From contig NC_092347.1 of NCBI RefSeq assembly GCF_963676685.1, positions 99,138,001-99,202,000 on the forward strand: a DNA stretch of 64,000 nucleotides. Direction: 5' to 3'. Below are positions 1 through 14,255 of this stretch, piece after piece. Both the position numbers and the translations under genes were made by a program. Origin of the DNA: Mytilus edulis. Lineage: Eukaryota. The notes under the pieces were generated by a model. That model was not told where the DNA came from, made no database searches, and saw nothing but the letters and a program-made list of their open reading frames with translations. Positions within the stretch are counted from its first letter, which is position 1. Each line of letters starts with the position of its first letter.

Positions 1-3000
1 CTCTTTTTAGATTACGCACCTTAAAAACTATCACCATTGCTGATGTTTACAATGACAAATAAAAAAGGCAAAATCGGAAATAATTTATGCATATTTCAAA
101 TTGTGTTAAAAAAAATACGGTATAATGGCACAAAGGGGAGATAGTAAAGCTCATAAGTCGAACAAAATCAATAAAACGCATGGTAAAACCGGCAGGAGTC
201 GAAAATATTAATTAAAAAACACTGCATAGACAACTACATACTGAACAAGAGATGGGTTTTGCATAACCTAGGAGTGGTCAACAATTTAAAGAAAAAGAAT
301 GTCAACAAAAAAATAATGGTTAACTATTCGGTTGACTGATTCGAACCGCAAAAAATAATTATTTTACTGGTAAAAAAGAAAATAAACATATGTTTAACTT
401 AGGACATGGAATCAAACAGTCTTATCAAAATTCAATTGTACGTGTTTACTATCTATATATTTTCATATTCACGTTTATATCGAATGACATGACCGTCGAC
501 AGTTTTCAGAGGTCACATCGATAGTTAATTAGATGACGTCTTGTCCGAAATTCACCCGAAATGCTGATGTATAGTATCCAGTCGATAGTATGTATAGTTT
601 TATAGTTATCTATCTATATTTCTTTATGATTTAGATATTTAAGAATATAATGTCTTTTTAAAGTGTTATTCTCAAATTAAGGTATTGATAAAGAGGTACG
701 ATATATATGTAATCATTTAGTTTAAAAAAAAGTTTTTGTTTTACAAAACAAACGATTTCTGGAAGTTTGAAAATCTTTTAATCTTGAAGATGTCGTCTTT
801 TGAAAATTCTTACAACAAAAGCTGAATTGTGGTTTATAATCAAATGTCAGAATTTATAAGAGCGTCTGAATCAACCACGCACAATTTTAATTTTATTTTA
901 ACATAAGAAATGTGAATTAGATGTGCAGGAGTCAGAAATGTCATGAAATATTAGAAAATAACCAGTCCATTAAAGAAAAATATTTCATGGCTGGTCTTTA
1001 TAATGAAGATATTCAAATATGAAACACAAAGTTCACGCCTTTTCCAGTTACTCTCAAAATGTTGAAGCTTTGCTGACATTTAAATTCTAATTTACTATAT
1101 AGATGATAGAATCATAAATACACAAAAACACTTACCAAAAACAGAAATAAAGATAATCATATATCTCGTATTACTTGCCATGTCTACAAACGAATAAAAA
1201 TTTAACAGTTCCGTGCAGGAAGAAATCTATATAATTTTTACAATATTTCCATAGTTCCTCAATAAACGTGAAGAGGAAGTAGTATGAAATGAACGTAATT
1301 TCTATGTACAAGTTTAAATAGATATATGATATCTTTATCTAATCTTAGAGCTAATGCAGAACAAAAGTTAGAAACATCTTTATTTTTTAGTACAATAGAA
1401 AACGAATATGTTACTTTAAGTGCACCTACACGGTTTAAAGTTTCAAAAATTGCCATTAAGATATTTTTGAGCGTATTTTGGCCAAAAATATTTTTATACA
1501 AACAAAACAAATGTTGCAAAAATGGTGAAAAATAAAACCACGGATATCTTCCTACTTTGAAACGTTTTCGGTTCTTATACATCCTTAGCTTTCAAATATT
1601 CGACTTTTATGCGTTCCTGGTGAAGGTTAATTCAGAAAAGCGCATCGGACGCATCAACATTTATAACGTTTTGTTTTGTTTGAACAACACGACAGGTGCC
1701 ACATGTTGGGCAGAATCTGCTTACCCTTCACCTGATATCACCCCCGTTCGTGTTGATGAGTTTTCTGTATTGTGTTTTGCGAATTGTAGCTTGTCTATTT
1801 GTCTTTATCGTTTTTAACTGTTACGGTATTAGTTTTGTTGTTCATTGGTTATCGTTCGCTTATCTGGTTCCACAAATTAGTAGAAAAAAAACATAAAATG
1901 GTATCTATTTAGTAAAGGTGTGGTGCGTCATTCGTAGCTTAATGTATATTTGCACAGTTTAGAAAGGTGCGTTTGGTTTCACGTTATCCATAAAACAAGT
2001 AAGATTTGAATGCTACAGTCTCATTATTTTGTTGCATTATATAACTATTTTAACAGTATGTAATTACTTGTAAAACTGTAAAAAAATGATGACATCAATT
2101 TTAGTAGCTACTTGATAAAATTTGTTGTATAACTGGGTTTATTTTTTTATTATTTAATTTTTATTATCTTGATAGTACTTGTTAACTGTTTCCGTGATTT
2201 AAATAAAAATATATGTGGAAATATTTATAGACTAATACTCTAACATGTGATGTTTTTGTCAGTAATGATACGAGCAATTAACTCTCTGCTAATACTTTTA
2301 AAAAAAGTAAAATTACAAAAATACTGACCTCCTAGGAAAATTTAAAACGGAACAGTTGTAAACAAATGGCAAAGTCAAAAGCTCAAACACATCAAAGGAA
2401 TGGATATCAACTTTCATATTCTGGACTTGGAAACTTCATTTTCTTATGAAGAAAATAGGGGGATCAAACCTAGTTTTATAGCTAGCTCAACATCTCATTT
2501 GTATGAAAGTCGAATTAAATTCCAGTATACTGATAACGCTGTGTAAACAAAACAAACAGACACAATAAATATAAATGTCAACAATAGAGGTACCGCAGTC
2601 AAGAAGCACAAAAAGTATATAGACAAAGCGCATTATCATAGAAGAAAGTCAAAAACACAACACAGTGATGGTATGTATAAGTACCGAACACACGTACAAT
2701 ATTACAGTCCTTCTGCTCTTATAAGACCTTTCAATTATTAAAGGAAAACTCTTTAATTTGATTGACCTTTTGTGAAAGTTCAAAATAGCTGTAGATAAAA
2801 ATATTCAGGAGTTTAAAGGTCCATTTGTTTATTTTTTCCCTCTTTACTTCTATGTTAGCCGGTAATGAGGTCCATTAAATATTTAGTGACTTTTCTAGGT
2901 AGCCTGCTATTAATTGTTTCTTTCTGAATTATTTTAAGAGTTTCCGTCATCAAAAACATGTCTGTCTCATCTATCTACTTAAACGAAAATTTGCTTTATC

Positions 3001-4199
3001 TATGAAATTTAAATCTTATGAAAATATAACAAAACAAAAGTCTAAGCAAACTGATACAATCAAACGGGAGATCAACCAACGAAACGAATGAAATCCAACC
3101 ATTATGTTATTAACTTGGTACCGGCATTTTACAACAAAAAAATGTGGATTCAACCTGGTTCAAAGTTAGCTACACCTCACACTTGTTAAAATGAAAAGTG
3201 TGTGTAGTTGAGTTTTATTTACAAATAGAGTGAGCAAGCCAATTGGATATGATGGGTTAATGTGTCAAAATATTCCAAAGGCCAAAATTAGGTGAACAAA
3301 CATCTCTCACACAAACATTTTAGAGATTTTACATTTATTATTGCTTAAAGTACCAAAATGTTGTGGAAGCAAATAAACAATCATGAGAGATATTGTCGTA
3401 TTTCAATAACAAATATGATGATTTTGTATACTATTTTTTATTGCGTGAAGATAAATATATAGAACTTAAAACTTTCTTGGGTTTTATGATACGAAGCAGA
3501 AAACAAATGGAGGAATATGTGATGTAAATTTCTTGTTACATCTGTACATCGTTCTGACGATTGTCATCATTGTGTGAAACCCAAAATTTTGGTAGCAATA
3601 GAAATGAAATACAGGCCAATGGTTTCAAATTAAAATTTAATGTACAACTTAAAATGTTTACTTCACTACGAAAATGTAAGTTGATAATAACTTGTCAAAA
3701 TGGCAATCCATCACTAGCCTAAGATAAGAAATATAGCTTCAATACAAACAACAAAATGTTTTTCTTTGTGTCCGTTTTGGTCTTTATGTGGTCAGAATAA
3801 TCCCGTAAACGTTCAACGTAAAGTTAACATACATATGACCAGTTACAAATATTTTACAAATCTTCGATACTAAGAAGGTTTGATTATCAGAATACAACTA
3901 CACACTTTCGTTGATGTGTAGTCTTAACCATATACCATATTTTGTCCAATTAAATATCTGTTGCATTTTTCATACCAAATATGCATAACAGTCTGTCTCT
4001 TTTGATAGCAGGACCGTTTTGTATAATAATTGAACTGATAAAGTATTTTCTATTATTTTAAGAAGCCTGCCACAGGATATTTTAATTATGTCTATAGCTG
4101 TTTGACAGTAACAAACAAATGACAAATAATGGAATAAAACATTCATGGTCCATATAGTTGGTTGTTCATTAAACGTTATTTAGAATTAATCACTTTTTC

Positions 4200-7100
4200 C
4201 TAAAGCCCGTCATGACTTTTACTTTTAATCCCAAGAAATATATATGAACATCCTATAGCAAATGAAATTAAAAATACAAATAATCCAACTCGATCTAATA
4301 CTAAGGCAAACTGAATCCAGAATTCGGAATCATCATCATAATAATCTCCAGCAAACTTTACAGTCTCTTGACCTTTTGATCTGCCGTTACATTCTGCCTG
4401 GTATAACTGGCGTTTAGTATTATCCTTCAAAAATAAATAATAATTGATTATTATCTTATTTATCAATTGTGTTTGTTACTTACAAATTTACATTAAAGTG
4501 TACTAGTCGATATAAAAAAATAAACATATATAATTTTTTTGAAACATCTTCATGCAATTGCTCTATATAAAAAGTAAAATCACAAAAAATACTGAACTCC
4601 AAGGAATATTCAAAAAGGAAAGTCCCAAATCAAATGGCAAAATCAAACGAATGGATAACAACTGTCCTATTCTTGACTTGGTACAGGCATTTTGTTAAGG
4701 AATACATATCGTCAGATTAACATTAGCAAATTTCATTCTTTAAATCTAAAAACAAAATATCAAACTAAACAATTAAATATTACCTGTTTATTGGAATGTT
4801 GGAAGGGATGTACACTCTTCGGCAGTGATACACATGTAACGTAGGCAAGTGGCCTCAATATAAATGATTTCAACCATGGTGGCATTGTCCTATGACCCCG
4901 ATGATGTATGTTCAGGACTATCACTTGCCATAATGAGGATCCGCCACTCAATACCAATGTAAATGTAAAGAACATTGCTGGAAAAAGTGAACAAGTAAGA
5001 AGCCTCGGTCAAATCAAAATATAACCTTAAACATTATTTCAATTAATTAAATATGTGTTGTATGTGTCTGAAAAAGAGGATGAAAAGAAATTTGTTTTTT
5101 AATATTCCTTTTGTAAGTTTGATTGTTCAATTCATATTTTGTTATAATTGGCATGAATTGTTAAAATTTTATATATAGGCCTTAATAATTGTAATCTATT
5201 TTGTAGAATATGACTTTTATCTCACTGATATTTGGACAATATCATTCTCCTCTTTTAACTATAAATATGTCTTACCGATCCATGGGGTAGAATCAGCTGA
5301 TGGCGGTAACTGATCGGCGACCAGCAATTGGAAAACTGACATGGCTAACATGACTGTCAATTCTAATCCAACCTTCTCTCCTGAGTCAACAGGAAGTAGA
5401 AACCCAAACGAGGCTACTACTGTTACCAATACTGATGGAATGATAATATTGGTTATGTAGTAATCAGGTTTTCGTGTTAAATGAATGTAAACGGTGACAT
5501 CTGGAAATGGGTGAGCGCAACATCCGTAATATAGTTCATGTCTCACTATTGGTGCATTGTCAATTATAAATTCAACGTTTTCTTTCACTGATGATAAATC
5601 AGCATTTGATTGCCTGGATGTAACATTTAATTGGAAACCATTATATACCCAAGATCCAAACATTAAGTCACAAATTTGACGATCAAATGGAAATCTCGAC
5701 ACATCTATTGGACATGAGGCTTCAACTTTTGTAGGAAAGTTATAGGTGACATTTCCATCAAAATGAATCAGAGCTCTGAAACTGTCAAATCCATAAAACT
5801 CTTCAGAAATGCTGAAAATATAAAACATTTGATAATCGCTTTCTTTTTTTGTGCTTTTGCTTAAGACCAATAAAAAAATCGGTTATAAGTAGAATCTTGT
5901 GAGCTTTTTCAGCTCTGTAAACAAAATTTTCTTATGCATGATAAATACTTTTTTGCTGATATTTTGATTATAGAAACACAAGTATCTTCTCTATACATTA
6001 CTACCTATGACTTTTACATTTCGGCTTGATGGAGAAACCCTATATACAGTAGAATGAATCTCATTGATTGTGTTAATCTTTTCCATTATGAAACTATAGT
6101 TGAGGAATAGGGATGAGAAAAAAAGAATATAATTGTAAAAAAAAGTGAAATTTGCTACAAATTCGACAACAACAAAAAACGGCTTAATAAGTCAATAATT
6201 CTACACATTTGAATCTATATTCATGTAACCATTTTATTTATCTCTATGGGATATAAGCTGTGCTTACGGTTATTCTTCCTTGAAAATGTGTGTCACCATT
6301 GTAAATTAGAAACAAAGACGACATTAGGAACAACCATTTTTTGATTGATCCAGCATACACAAATCGTTCTTATACAGGGAAAGCAATGATTTATATATAT
6401 TTGTAACCTATAACATTAGATAAAACATACTTAGAAAAATCCCTTTGAACGTGCTTGCTTCTTGTATTTATATTTATGCATATATCAGATTACATTTTTT
6501 ACCATTGAGTCTTTGGGTCACCTTGATTGATAATTAGATGGGGGTCTGTTCTATAATACGTGTACAATGGTTAATAGCGAGCCTATGCATTGTTAATTGT
6601 TTCTTTTTGGGCCTTTTGTAAGTAGGATACACGTGTTATGATATTATAAATTAGATATGAGAGTTTGTTAGGTGAACATAAATTTGACATTTAATGCATT
6701 TTCGTAATTTTACACTTACCATTTGTGTTATTACATAGTCTAAGATGTAAAAATATGCCTTCCATGTAATTTCCTATTCAAACTATTAAACATAATCAGG
6801 TCTAGTGAATAATACAAACTCCAAGCTTTTTTTCCTTTAATATTTTGTCGTAATGACATATACATAATGAGGACTAAACGTCGACCCAAAGTGAATACTA
6901 TGACTTAAAGGAGATGTAAAACATCATATTCCAACGAGACAACAACCACAAAACTAAAAGGACATGTAAAGGGTATTGCAAATACAATTCATTCTGTATC
7001 ACTTGCAAGAGTTTTTCTGACCTAAAAAAAAAATAGAGAGGGTAGAAATCTCTTAATTAATTGTTAACTCGTGCATTGACTGATACACGTGAACATATCT

Positions 7101-9754
7101 CACAAAAATGAAGACAGTTCAAATTAATGTCAAAAATGTGTTGTGAACTATTACCTGTTGTATAACGTAATGTCAGGTTTCCATATAAGAGATACCGGAA
7201 GTACTATGGACTCGATGCCGTCAAAGGCATCAGGATTCCAAACAAGGTGGCAATCGTTCCATCCCTAGGTAAACAAATAAATTGTATTATAAATCAAAAG
7301 CTCACGAAAATTCATAAAACACAGATTTGAACAAACCTGGTCTTTGTTTGTTTTTAAAGTAAAATACAAATTAAAATCTTTAAATTCCAAAGTAACAGCC
7401 GAACATTTGACAAAGTAACCCTTTTTTATTATTTTAGAAAGGTGAAATGCTTTAAAATAGTTTGGACTGTTTATATCAGTTGTAACTATCTCCTAACTGT
7501 CGGTATTACATCTCAGAAATCAGCGCTCCTGTTTACAGTTGTAACTATTTCATAAATGTCGGTATTACATCTCAGAAATCAGCACTCCTGTTTACACATA
7601 CAATTGTAACTATCTCCCAACTGTCGGTATTACATCTCAGAAATCAGCACTCCTGTTTACACATACAATATCAGGTGTAACTATCTCATAAATGTCGGTA
7701 TTACATCTCAGAAATCAGCACTCCTGTTTACACATACAATATCAGGTGTAACTATCTCATAACTGTCGGTATTACATCTCAGAAATCAGCACTCCTGTTT
7801 ACACATACAATTTCAACGATGCAATTGTTCTGTATTTAACATGTGTCAGTGTGTGTTTATGAAATGTACAAATGTATTCCCACCAACAACCTTTTGCTAT
7901 CACATGGCACATATTGATTTCATTAGCCTTTTTTCCAACCGTCTTTATTCAAGCGCCACTTATTACTCAAATGTTGACAAGTATCGAGTCTAGTGAGCAA
8001 AAGTATAAGCCAGGTATTCTTGGTGAATATTAACAAGAAAAACGTGTATCAATTACGCAATGACTCCGACAAAGTGAATGAACACATGACTTAAAAATGT
8101 CAACCAGATTCAAAAAATTTATTATTTGTTGTTACTGTCACATATTAGATTAATAATTTGTTATATAATTTTTTAAGTGTTAACAGGTCTTTTACTCCAT
8201 ATACACCGTGTATTGTTCTATTCATTTCACATATGATTTCAAATACCATTATACTGTACAGTGAAAACTCACCAATCTCATCCATATGTTAAACAGTGCA
8301 ACTTGCTCGGGTTCATTCTGAAAAATTAATTGAGAATAAAGAAAAATTACAGAATTAAATACTGCATTTCAATAATATTTAAACTGTGTACGATATAAAT
8401 GTTGTAGAATTTGAAATAATCGATTTAAGCAGTCAAGTTTGTTGTGATGCCTCAGAGACCACATGTATTGAGCAAAAAAAACTGTGTTATTAGACCAGTA
8501 GTTTTAGATCCCTCTGTAGTAGTAAACGACCATCTGTCTCAAGAGACCATATTTGTGCTCTACCTTAAGTGGTCTCTAAAAACATGTTTCACTTGATTTT
8601 TTTAAGTGTATGTGTGTGTACAAGCGTGTGTTTGAATTTGGTAATTCTTTGTTATCGAATTATATATAAGGCATGCAAGATCAAGTAAATATTAATGAAA
8701 AATTATTGTGTTAACTTACTTCTATATGAATATTCCTGTACTAGAACTAAATCATGCAGACTATACAAAACATACCAAAGATATTAACTGTCTAATGGCC
8801 ATGTCAACTGTAACCTGAGTTGTCTCAAATCCGGGACACACTGGCCGTACACTTGGTTCATAATCGTTGATAAGAGCAGTTGTCAGATAGTTCAGGGTGG
8901 ATGAACATCCTGTATTGATGCAAAAATAAAAAGTAAAATCACAATAATACTTAATTCCGAGAAAATTCAAAGACGGAATTAAGTCCCAAATCAAATGGCA
9001 AAATCACAAGCTCAAGCACATCAAACAAATGGATAACAACTGTCATATTCCTGAATTGGTACAAACATTTTCTTATGTAGAAAATGGTGGATTGAACTTG
9101 ATTTTATAGCTTGCTAAACCTCTTACTTGTAACAGTCTCCAACGGAACAACGTCAATGAAAATTTAGAATTACTTAGCTAATGTTGAACCTATTTGTTTA
9201 TATTCTTTCTTTGGACTAAATTAAATTGTTCAACTGACAACAAAGATTGTCGGTTGATGATTTGAATTAAAAAATAGCTTGTGACATTTTTTTCAAGAGA
9301 GGGACGAAAGATATCAGAGGGACAGTCAAACTCATAAACCGAAAATAAACTGACAACGCCTTGGCTTGTGGGTTTGTGATGCAAAAATAAATAGAGAAAA
9401 AATAGTTAATTGTAACTCTGTTTCAGAAGTTACGGCTACGTATCGTAAAAAAACCATAGCAGTGATCTTAATACAAATGTATTACTTGTTCTTCATTTTA
9501 TTTGTTAGTGTGAAAAACTGAACTAAAATGTTTAAAATAAAATTGTAAATATAAAACAATGATTAAAACAGGTTAACAATGCTAGCATACCACAACAGTT
9601 TAATAAAACTGATTAGAAACGGAAAAAATATCATGTAACATATACATTGTTTTTTACTTATAAACGTTTTTCTTTACATATAAATCTACTAGAACTTACC
9701 TAAACGACATATTCCGATTATAACGTAGAGTATTAATCCATGGCGTTTTGACAT
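4200..9754 (-). CDS. Nicotinic acetylcholine receptor alpha-type subunit (alpha9/alpha10-like), paralog A; 7 coding exons, about 432 aa
   Basis: Exons on minus strand: 9754-9700 (signal peptide MSKRHGLILYVIIGICRL), 8909-8776, 8317-8273 (NEPEQVALFNIWMRL), 7264-7155 (WNDCHLVW...WKPDITLYN), 5811-5276 (Cys-loop CPIDVSRFPFDRQIC, loop B FGSWVYNG, loop C YYGCCAHPF, M1, M2 SGEKVGLELTVMLAMSVFQLLVAD), 4977-4784 (M3), 4424-4200 (M4, stop). All junctions are GT-AG and in phase; total 1299 nt. Confidence 0.95.
7479..7810. repeat. Minisatellite, 5 copies of a 59-72-bp unit, in an intron of nAChR paralog A
   Basis: Core GTAACTATCTC..AACTGTCGGTATTACATCTCAGAAATCAGCACTCCTGTTTACA repeated in tandem. Confidence 0.92.
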
Positions 9755-10146
9755 GATTCATTCTTCTCCTCAAATGATGCTCTACATGTCAACTTTGAGA
9801 TACTAGTACTATGCCAATCTTCATACAAATATTAGAACAAAACCTTTTTAGGTGTCAATAATCAGGCGTATATAATCGACCTTATTATCATCTACTTATA
9901 TTCAATATCCCATTAATTATTTCAAATCAAAGGTCAACATGTTTTAGGAGAATTATATGACTCTTAATTAAAAAATCTATACTGAAATACCTTGTTACAA
10001 CATTGTAATTGCCATTTATTTAAAAAGGAAATGAATTTTGAAAAGGCCATTACTATGTTTTTCTATACGGCGAAAGTCAATATGTTGCATACCATATGGA
10101 GAAATATATTGGGGGTTCATGTGTGCATTGGAAGTTTAGAAACTAC

Positions 10147-10529
10147 CAATCTAATTAAAAACCGATCTCTCATCGCTCCTGTTTCTGATATGTCGCGTGG
10201 GAGATCTAACGAAACCCGCTTTGAGGTCACATGTGAGTGACCTCGTAGGTGTGTCTTTTTCGACCAATGAAATTGAGTCTTCCACGATCTTGGAAGTTTA
10301 ACGTAAGGCAAAGGGATGTAACTCATTTTATTTACGACAAAATCGTCAGTCAAAATAATTCATAAACTTTTTTGATTGGCTTATTAATAGGTCGTTAAAT
10401 CATTTGCATATCTTTATAAATTCATAACTTTTAGTTCACTCACATGTGACCTCAAAGCCGGTTTCGTTAGATCTCCCACGCGACATATCAGAAACAGGAG
10501 CGATGAGAGATCGGTTTTTAATTAGATTG
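10147..10529. mobile_element. MITE with 94-bp terminal inverted repeats and 9-bp TSD
   Basis: 10147-10240 is the reverse complement of 10436-10529 with one mismatch seen. Flanked by the direct repeat AGAAACTAC at 10138-10146 and 10530-10538. No coding capacity. Confidence 0.9.
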
Positions 10530-11719
10530 AGAAACTACCACAATCACATTGTACAGGAGCGTAATGACTTTATATTTGATTATCAGTTTGACAATTCTAA
10601 TAAAAACATAGGTTTCAAAATAAAACATATTTCTCGATTGATATAGTCGACTTTTTTTGTTTTGTGAGGATAAGGGCTTCTACTTGAAGTTATTTTTGTC
10701 AACATTGTTTCTCCAACTCAAACGAACTCGCACAAAATCTACAACACAAAAGCTATCATCACATATTTATGCATTAGTACACTCCATTACTATAAATAAT
10801 GACCATCTGCATATTGTTTCAACTTCGTAGTAAAATACCTCAATCAAACACTTAACTTATCAAACACTTAACCTTACAATCGGCCATATCAAAATAAAAA
10901 GTGTCATTGTTGCAAATCAGAAAACTTTTAATTAAATATGTATGTTCAGTAAACTGTCAAATCAGTGTCAAAATCGTTATTTGACATAGTTTTCACTTTG
11001 ATGTGACCACAATGTTTAAATCAGAATGAGTTTATTTCAGACCAATACTAAATTGTGAACTGATACGAGACAGGCTAACGGACGGACGGATGCACATACC
11101 AGTAAACATATTATCCTCTACTAAAGAATACGTAGAAATTAGCTTTCAAGTGGATTGTACGTTGACTTGTATCATGAAATGTGATATGATGGGTCAATCA
11201 ACACGGATGATACGTTGGTCTTTAGTAAAGTTGATGACATGTGGACTTTTTTATTGTTGGTAATAAATTTACCTTAATAACAATGGCGATACTTTGTTCG
11301 ATTTACACTTAGCAAAAATGACAGTCAATAAATAGAAATTCATTGCCATTTTATAACATAAATGAAGTAAAACGTTTCTCATATTCCTGAAAAACAATTT
11401 TTCTATTTTCAAAAATTGAAACACGAAATTTTAAGGTTTTCTGTTTTACTTTATTATAATTGATGATAAATCAACCTTTATTCTGATACTGATTACTCCT
11501 GTATCTAAATCATTATAGTAAGATCATAGTGAAAGTGTATTAAAAGTTAGAAACATTCATTAGTTGTTATTGGCTTTGAACTAGCTGACAGTAAGTGCGA
11601 GTACTCTAAAATCAGTTATTAGTGTCTTTTTGTTTTATGATGTTTAAGTTACCGTTCATGTCCGCTTTGTGTTTTTGTTGGATGAATTTCAATTTGTACC
11701 CATCTGATGAGTTAATAGT

Positions 11720-11915
11720 AATCAAAGGTACCAGGATTACAATTTAATACGCCAGACGCGCGTTTCGTCTTCATAAGACTCATCCGTGACGCTCAGATCA
11801 AAATAGTTATAAAGCCAAACAAGAACAAAGGAGCATTGAGGACCCTAAATTCCAAAAATGTATTGTCAAATAAGGCTAAGGTAATCGATTCCAGGGATTA
11901 CAAAATCCCTAGTTT
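11720..11915 (+). repeat. Dispersed repeat family 4 (ACCAGGATT...CGCCAGACGCGCGTTTCGTC...GACTCATCAGTGACGCTC)
   Basis: Related copies at about 19120-19235 (reverse), 35270-35365 and 42640-42720 (reverse). Confidence 0.8.
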
Positions 11916-14255
11916 TTCAAAAAAAACAAATAAAGCCTTTTTCAACAACTTTCAACAGTTTGTTCTTGTACTGGTATACCCCTGTCCTATGTTATGGTTT
12001 GAGGCTTTGAGCGCTCACAAACATATTTAACCCCGCCACATTCTTTAATGTTTATGTACCCTTGTGTTGATTCAATGCTAAACATGTGGAAATTTTATAG
12101 AAAATCCACAGCCTTTATCCTTGTACTCTCAAATTTGGTTTTTCTATTAAAATATTGGTTTATTTGTCACAAAGTACTCTTTTTTCTAAAATGAAATGAA
12201 ACAGTAAATAATAATGCTTTGCATCAAGTTTCCCCTTGGTATATGTACACAATGGCCTATCATTATTTATCATTATATCTTTAGTTTTGATACAATTGAA
12301 GTTTGAAAAGTTCGTACAAAAATGGCTATAGAAGGGGTAATAAACCTTAAGTGCCGTCCCAAATCCAGAGCCAATTGTTCATTGTTTAATGTTTGATATA
12401 TTTTCGGTTTTTTGTAAATTATTATGTTAACACGAAAAATAATTTAAAAGTGGATCAAATATTTTTTAAAGACATGTAACCATTTATATATAACTGTTTA
12501 TTGTTCACAGTAAAGGCTGTGTGTAGGCCTCCAGATATCTTTTGTCGTGGATTGCTGTTCCGCCGACATTTACACATGTTTTCATTTTTCCATATGTTAA
12601 AACAAAGCAATAATTCTGGTAAAATGAATATCAATTTCTTTGAGGTTGCAGCATGTACAAAATTTGATAAACGCTGCAGTTCAATTAAATTATAGACATG
12701 CATCAAGTTCATTTTTTTAAATATCCTATAATGCGTTTATTTCTATACAAAACTTTACAGGAAAAGTCCCGTGTGTTATTAAATTTGTATATAGATCGTA
12801 GAGGAGTGTGTAGCAATACAACGTAAGGAGTGTGGTCTTACATTTTTGCCTTGCTAGATTTTTCAAATTGGAAAGTTATTGTGCAATAAAATTCATTTTA
12901 GACAGCCGACAACAATGTAATTTGTCACTTGACAAACTACTTTCTTGATAGCGATAAGTAAACAGTTTAAGAAAAGGTTTCACTCAAAGGGATCGAAGTT
13001 CTACTTTTGACCTCATTTTGAGGAAATAAGCGAAATTTTCACACCTTTTTTGCATATTTGAAAGCAAATAAATGCCGATTAGTAACATGGATACACCAAA
13101 AAGAAATCATATTTTACCATTTTAACTACTGGAAATCTTATCTCTAGAAGATTCTGATAACATATATATGACAAACGCAAAAACTTAATGTGTAAAAAAT
13201 CAAGAAAAAAAGGTAGTAAAATTTATGTGGCTAAAAGCTAAGTTTTTATACTAACTGTATATTGCATTTGCTTCCGTTGTATAATTCATAGAATATTTCA
13301 GCCTCATCCACTACGAACCTAACTAACCCTCTATGGGTCTATAGGAGGTCAGTGACACATATTACAATGTAACATATAATGTGTATTTATGGGCTTTTAA
13401 AGAATTACCTTGAAATGTTTTTTTTTAATACTGTTTACAAGAACTCTAGGAGAATCTTATGAGTAAGATCTTTGCATCTTTCCAAAGGAAAATCATTTTC
13501 TGTTGTTTTGTTCTTTTTTAATTTTTTGTTGTTTTTGTTTTTCAGTTGGTTTGTTTTGTGATGTTACATGTATCTTAGGTGTTTCCTGTGTAGTGCTTTG
13601 TGTACTATCTCGTCTTTGTTTTTAGCCATCGTGGAGCATATCGTTCATTCTATAATTTTGGATTTTTGTTTATTTCTCCGTTGCTAACTAACTTATAGAG
13701 TGCAACTAACAGAGAGCATCTTTTGGAAGCTTGATTTAAGGGTTGAACGCGTCAATAAACTTGGTCTTTAACCAGAGATGTATGAATAATTTCATTTATA
13801 CTTTAATTTGGTCCTATAAAACTGTAAATGTTTTGGTAAATTTATATAAATTCAGATTAACCATGAAAAAAATGGAGCATTAACATAAAACACCACACTC
13901 AGATACATAAAAAAACAACGATCTCTTAATTTAATTGATTAGCATGGAAATGCTTTAAATGTATAATGCCCATTAGTTGTTGCTTATAAATCACATATTC
14001 TGAATCATAGCATCAATATAAGTCACCATTTATACAGAAATCAATATATTAAATTTTTGTTTATGTTATTTGATTATATATATATACATCAAGTCAACAT
14101 CTTTAGTCACCACATTGTTAGAGTATTACAGTAATGATTGGAAATTTAAAAAAAAAAATTACAATTGCTCCTTAACACACAAAAAATGTTAACAAATTTA
14201 CCAAAAATGTCTTGAGTAGTTACATCATCCCTATCAATTAATATTAGCAAATGTG

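Noticed and set aside
1-4199. A fourth nAChR paralog or other gene at the window start
   Set aside because: No receptor motifs or convincing exons were found; ORFs at 1259-1896 look like chance AT-rich frames or repeat remnants.
5276-5811. Anion-selective channel or soluble AChBP interpretation of the nAChR genes
   Set aside because: All four TM helices are present and M2 begins with GEK, lacking the Pro-Ala motif of anion-selective pLGICs.
9992-10646. ORFs 9992-10240, 10117-10353 and 10446-10646 sharing the peptide VSLDLPRDISETGAMRDRFLIRL
   Set aside because: The shared peptide comes from translating the two arms of the MITE inverted repeat.
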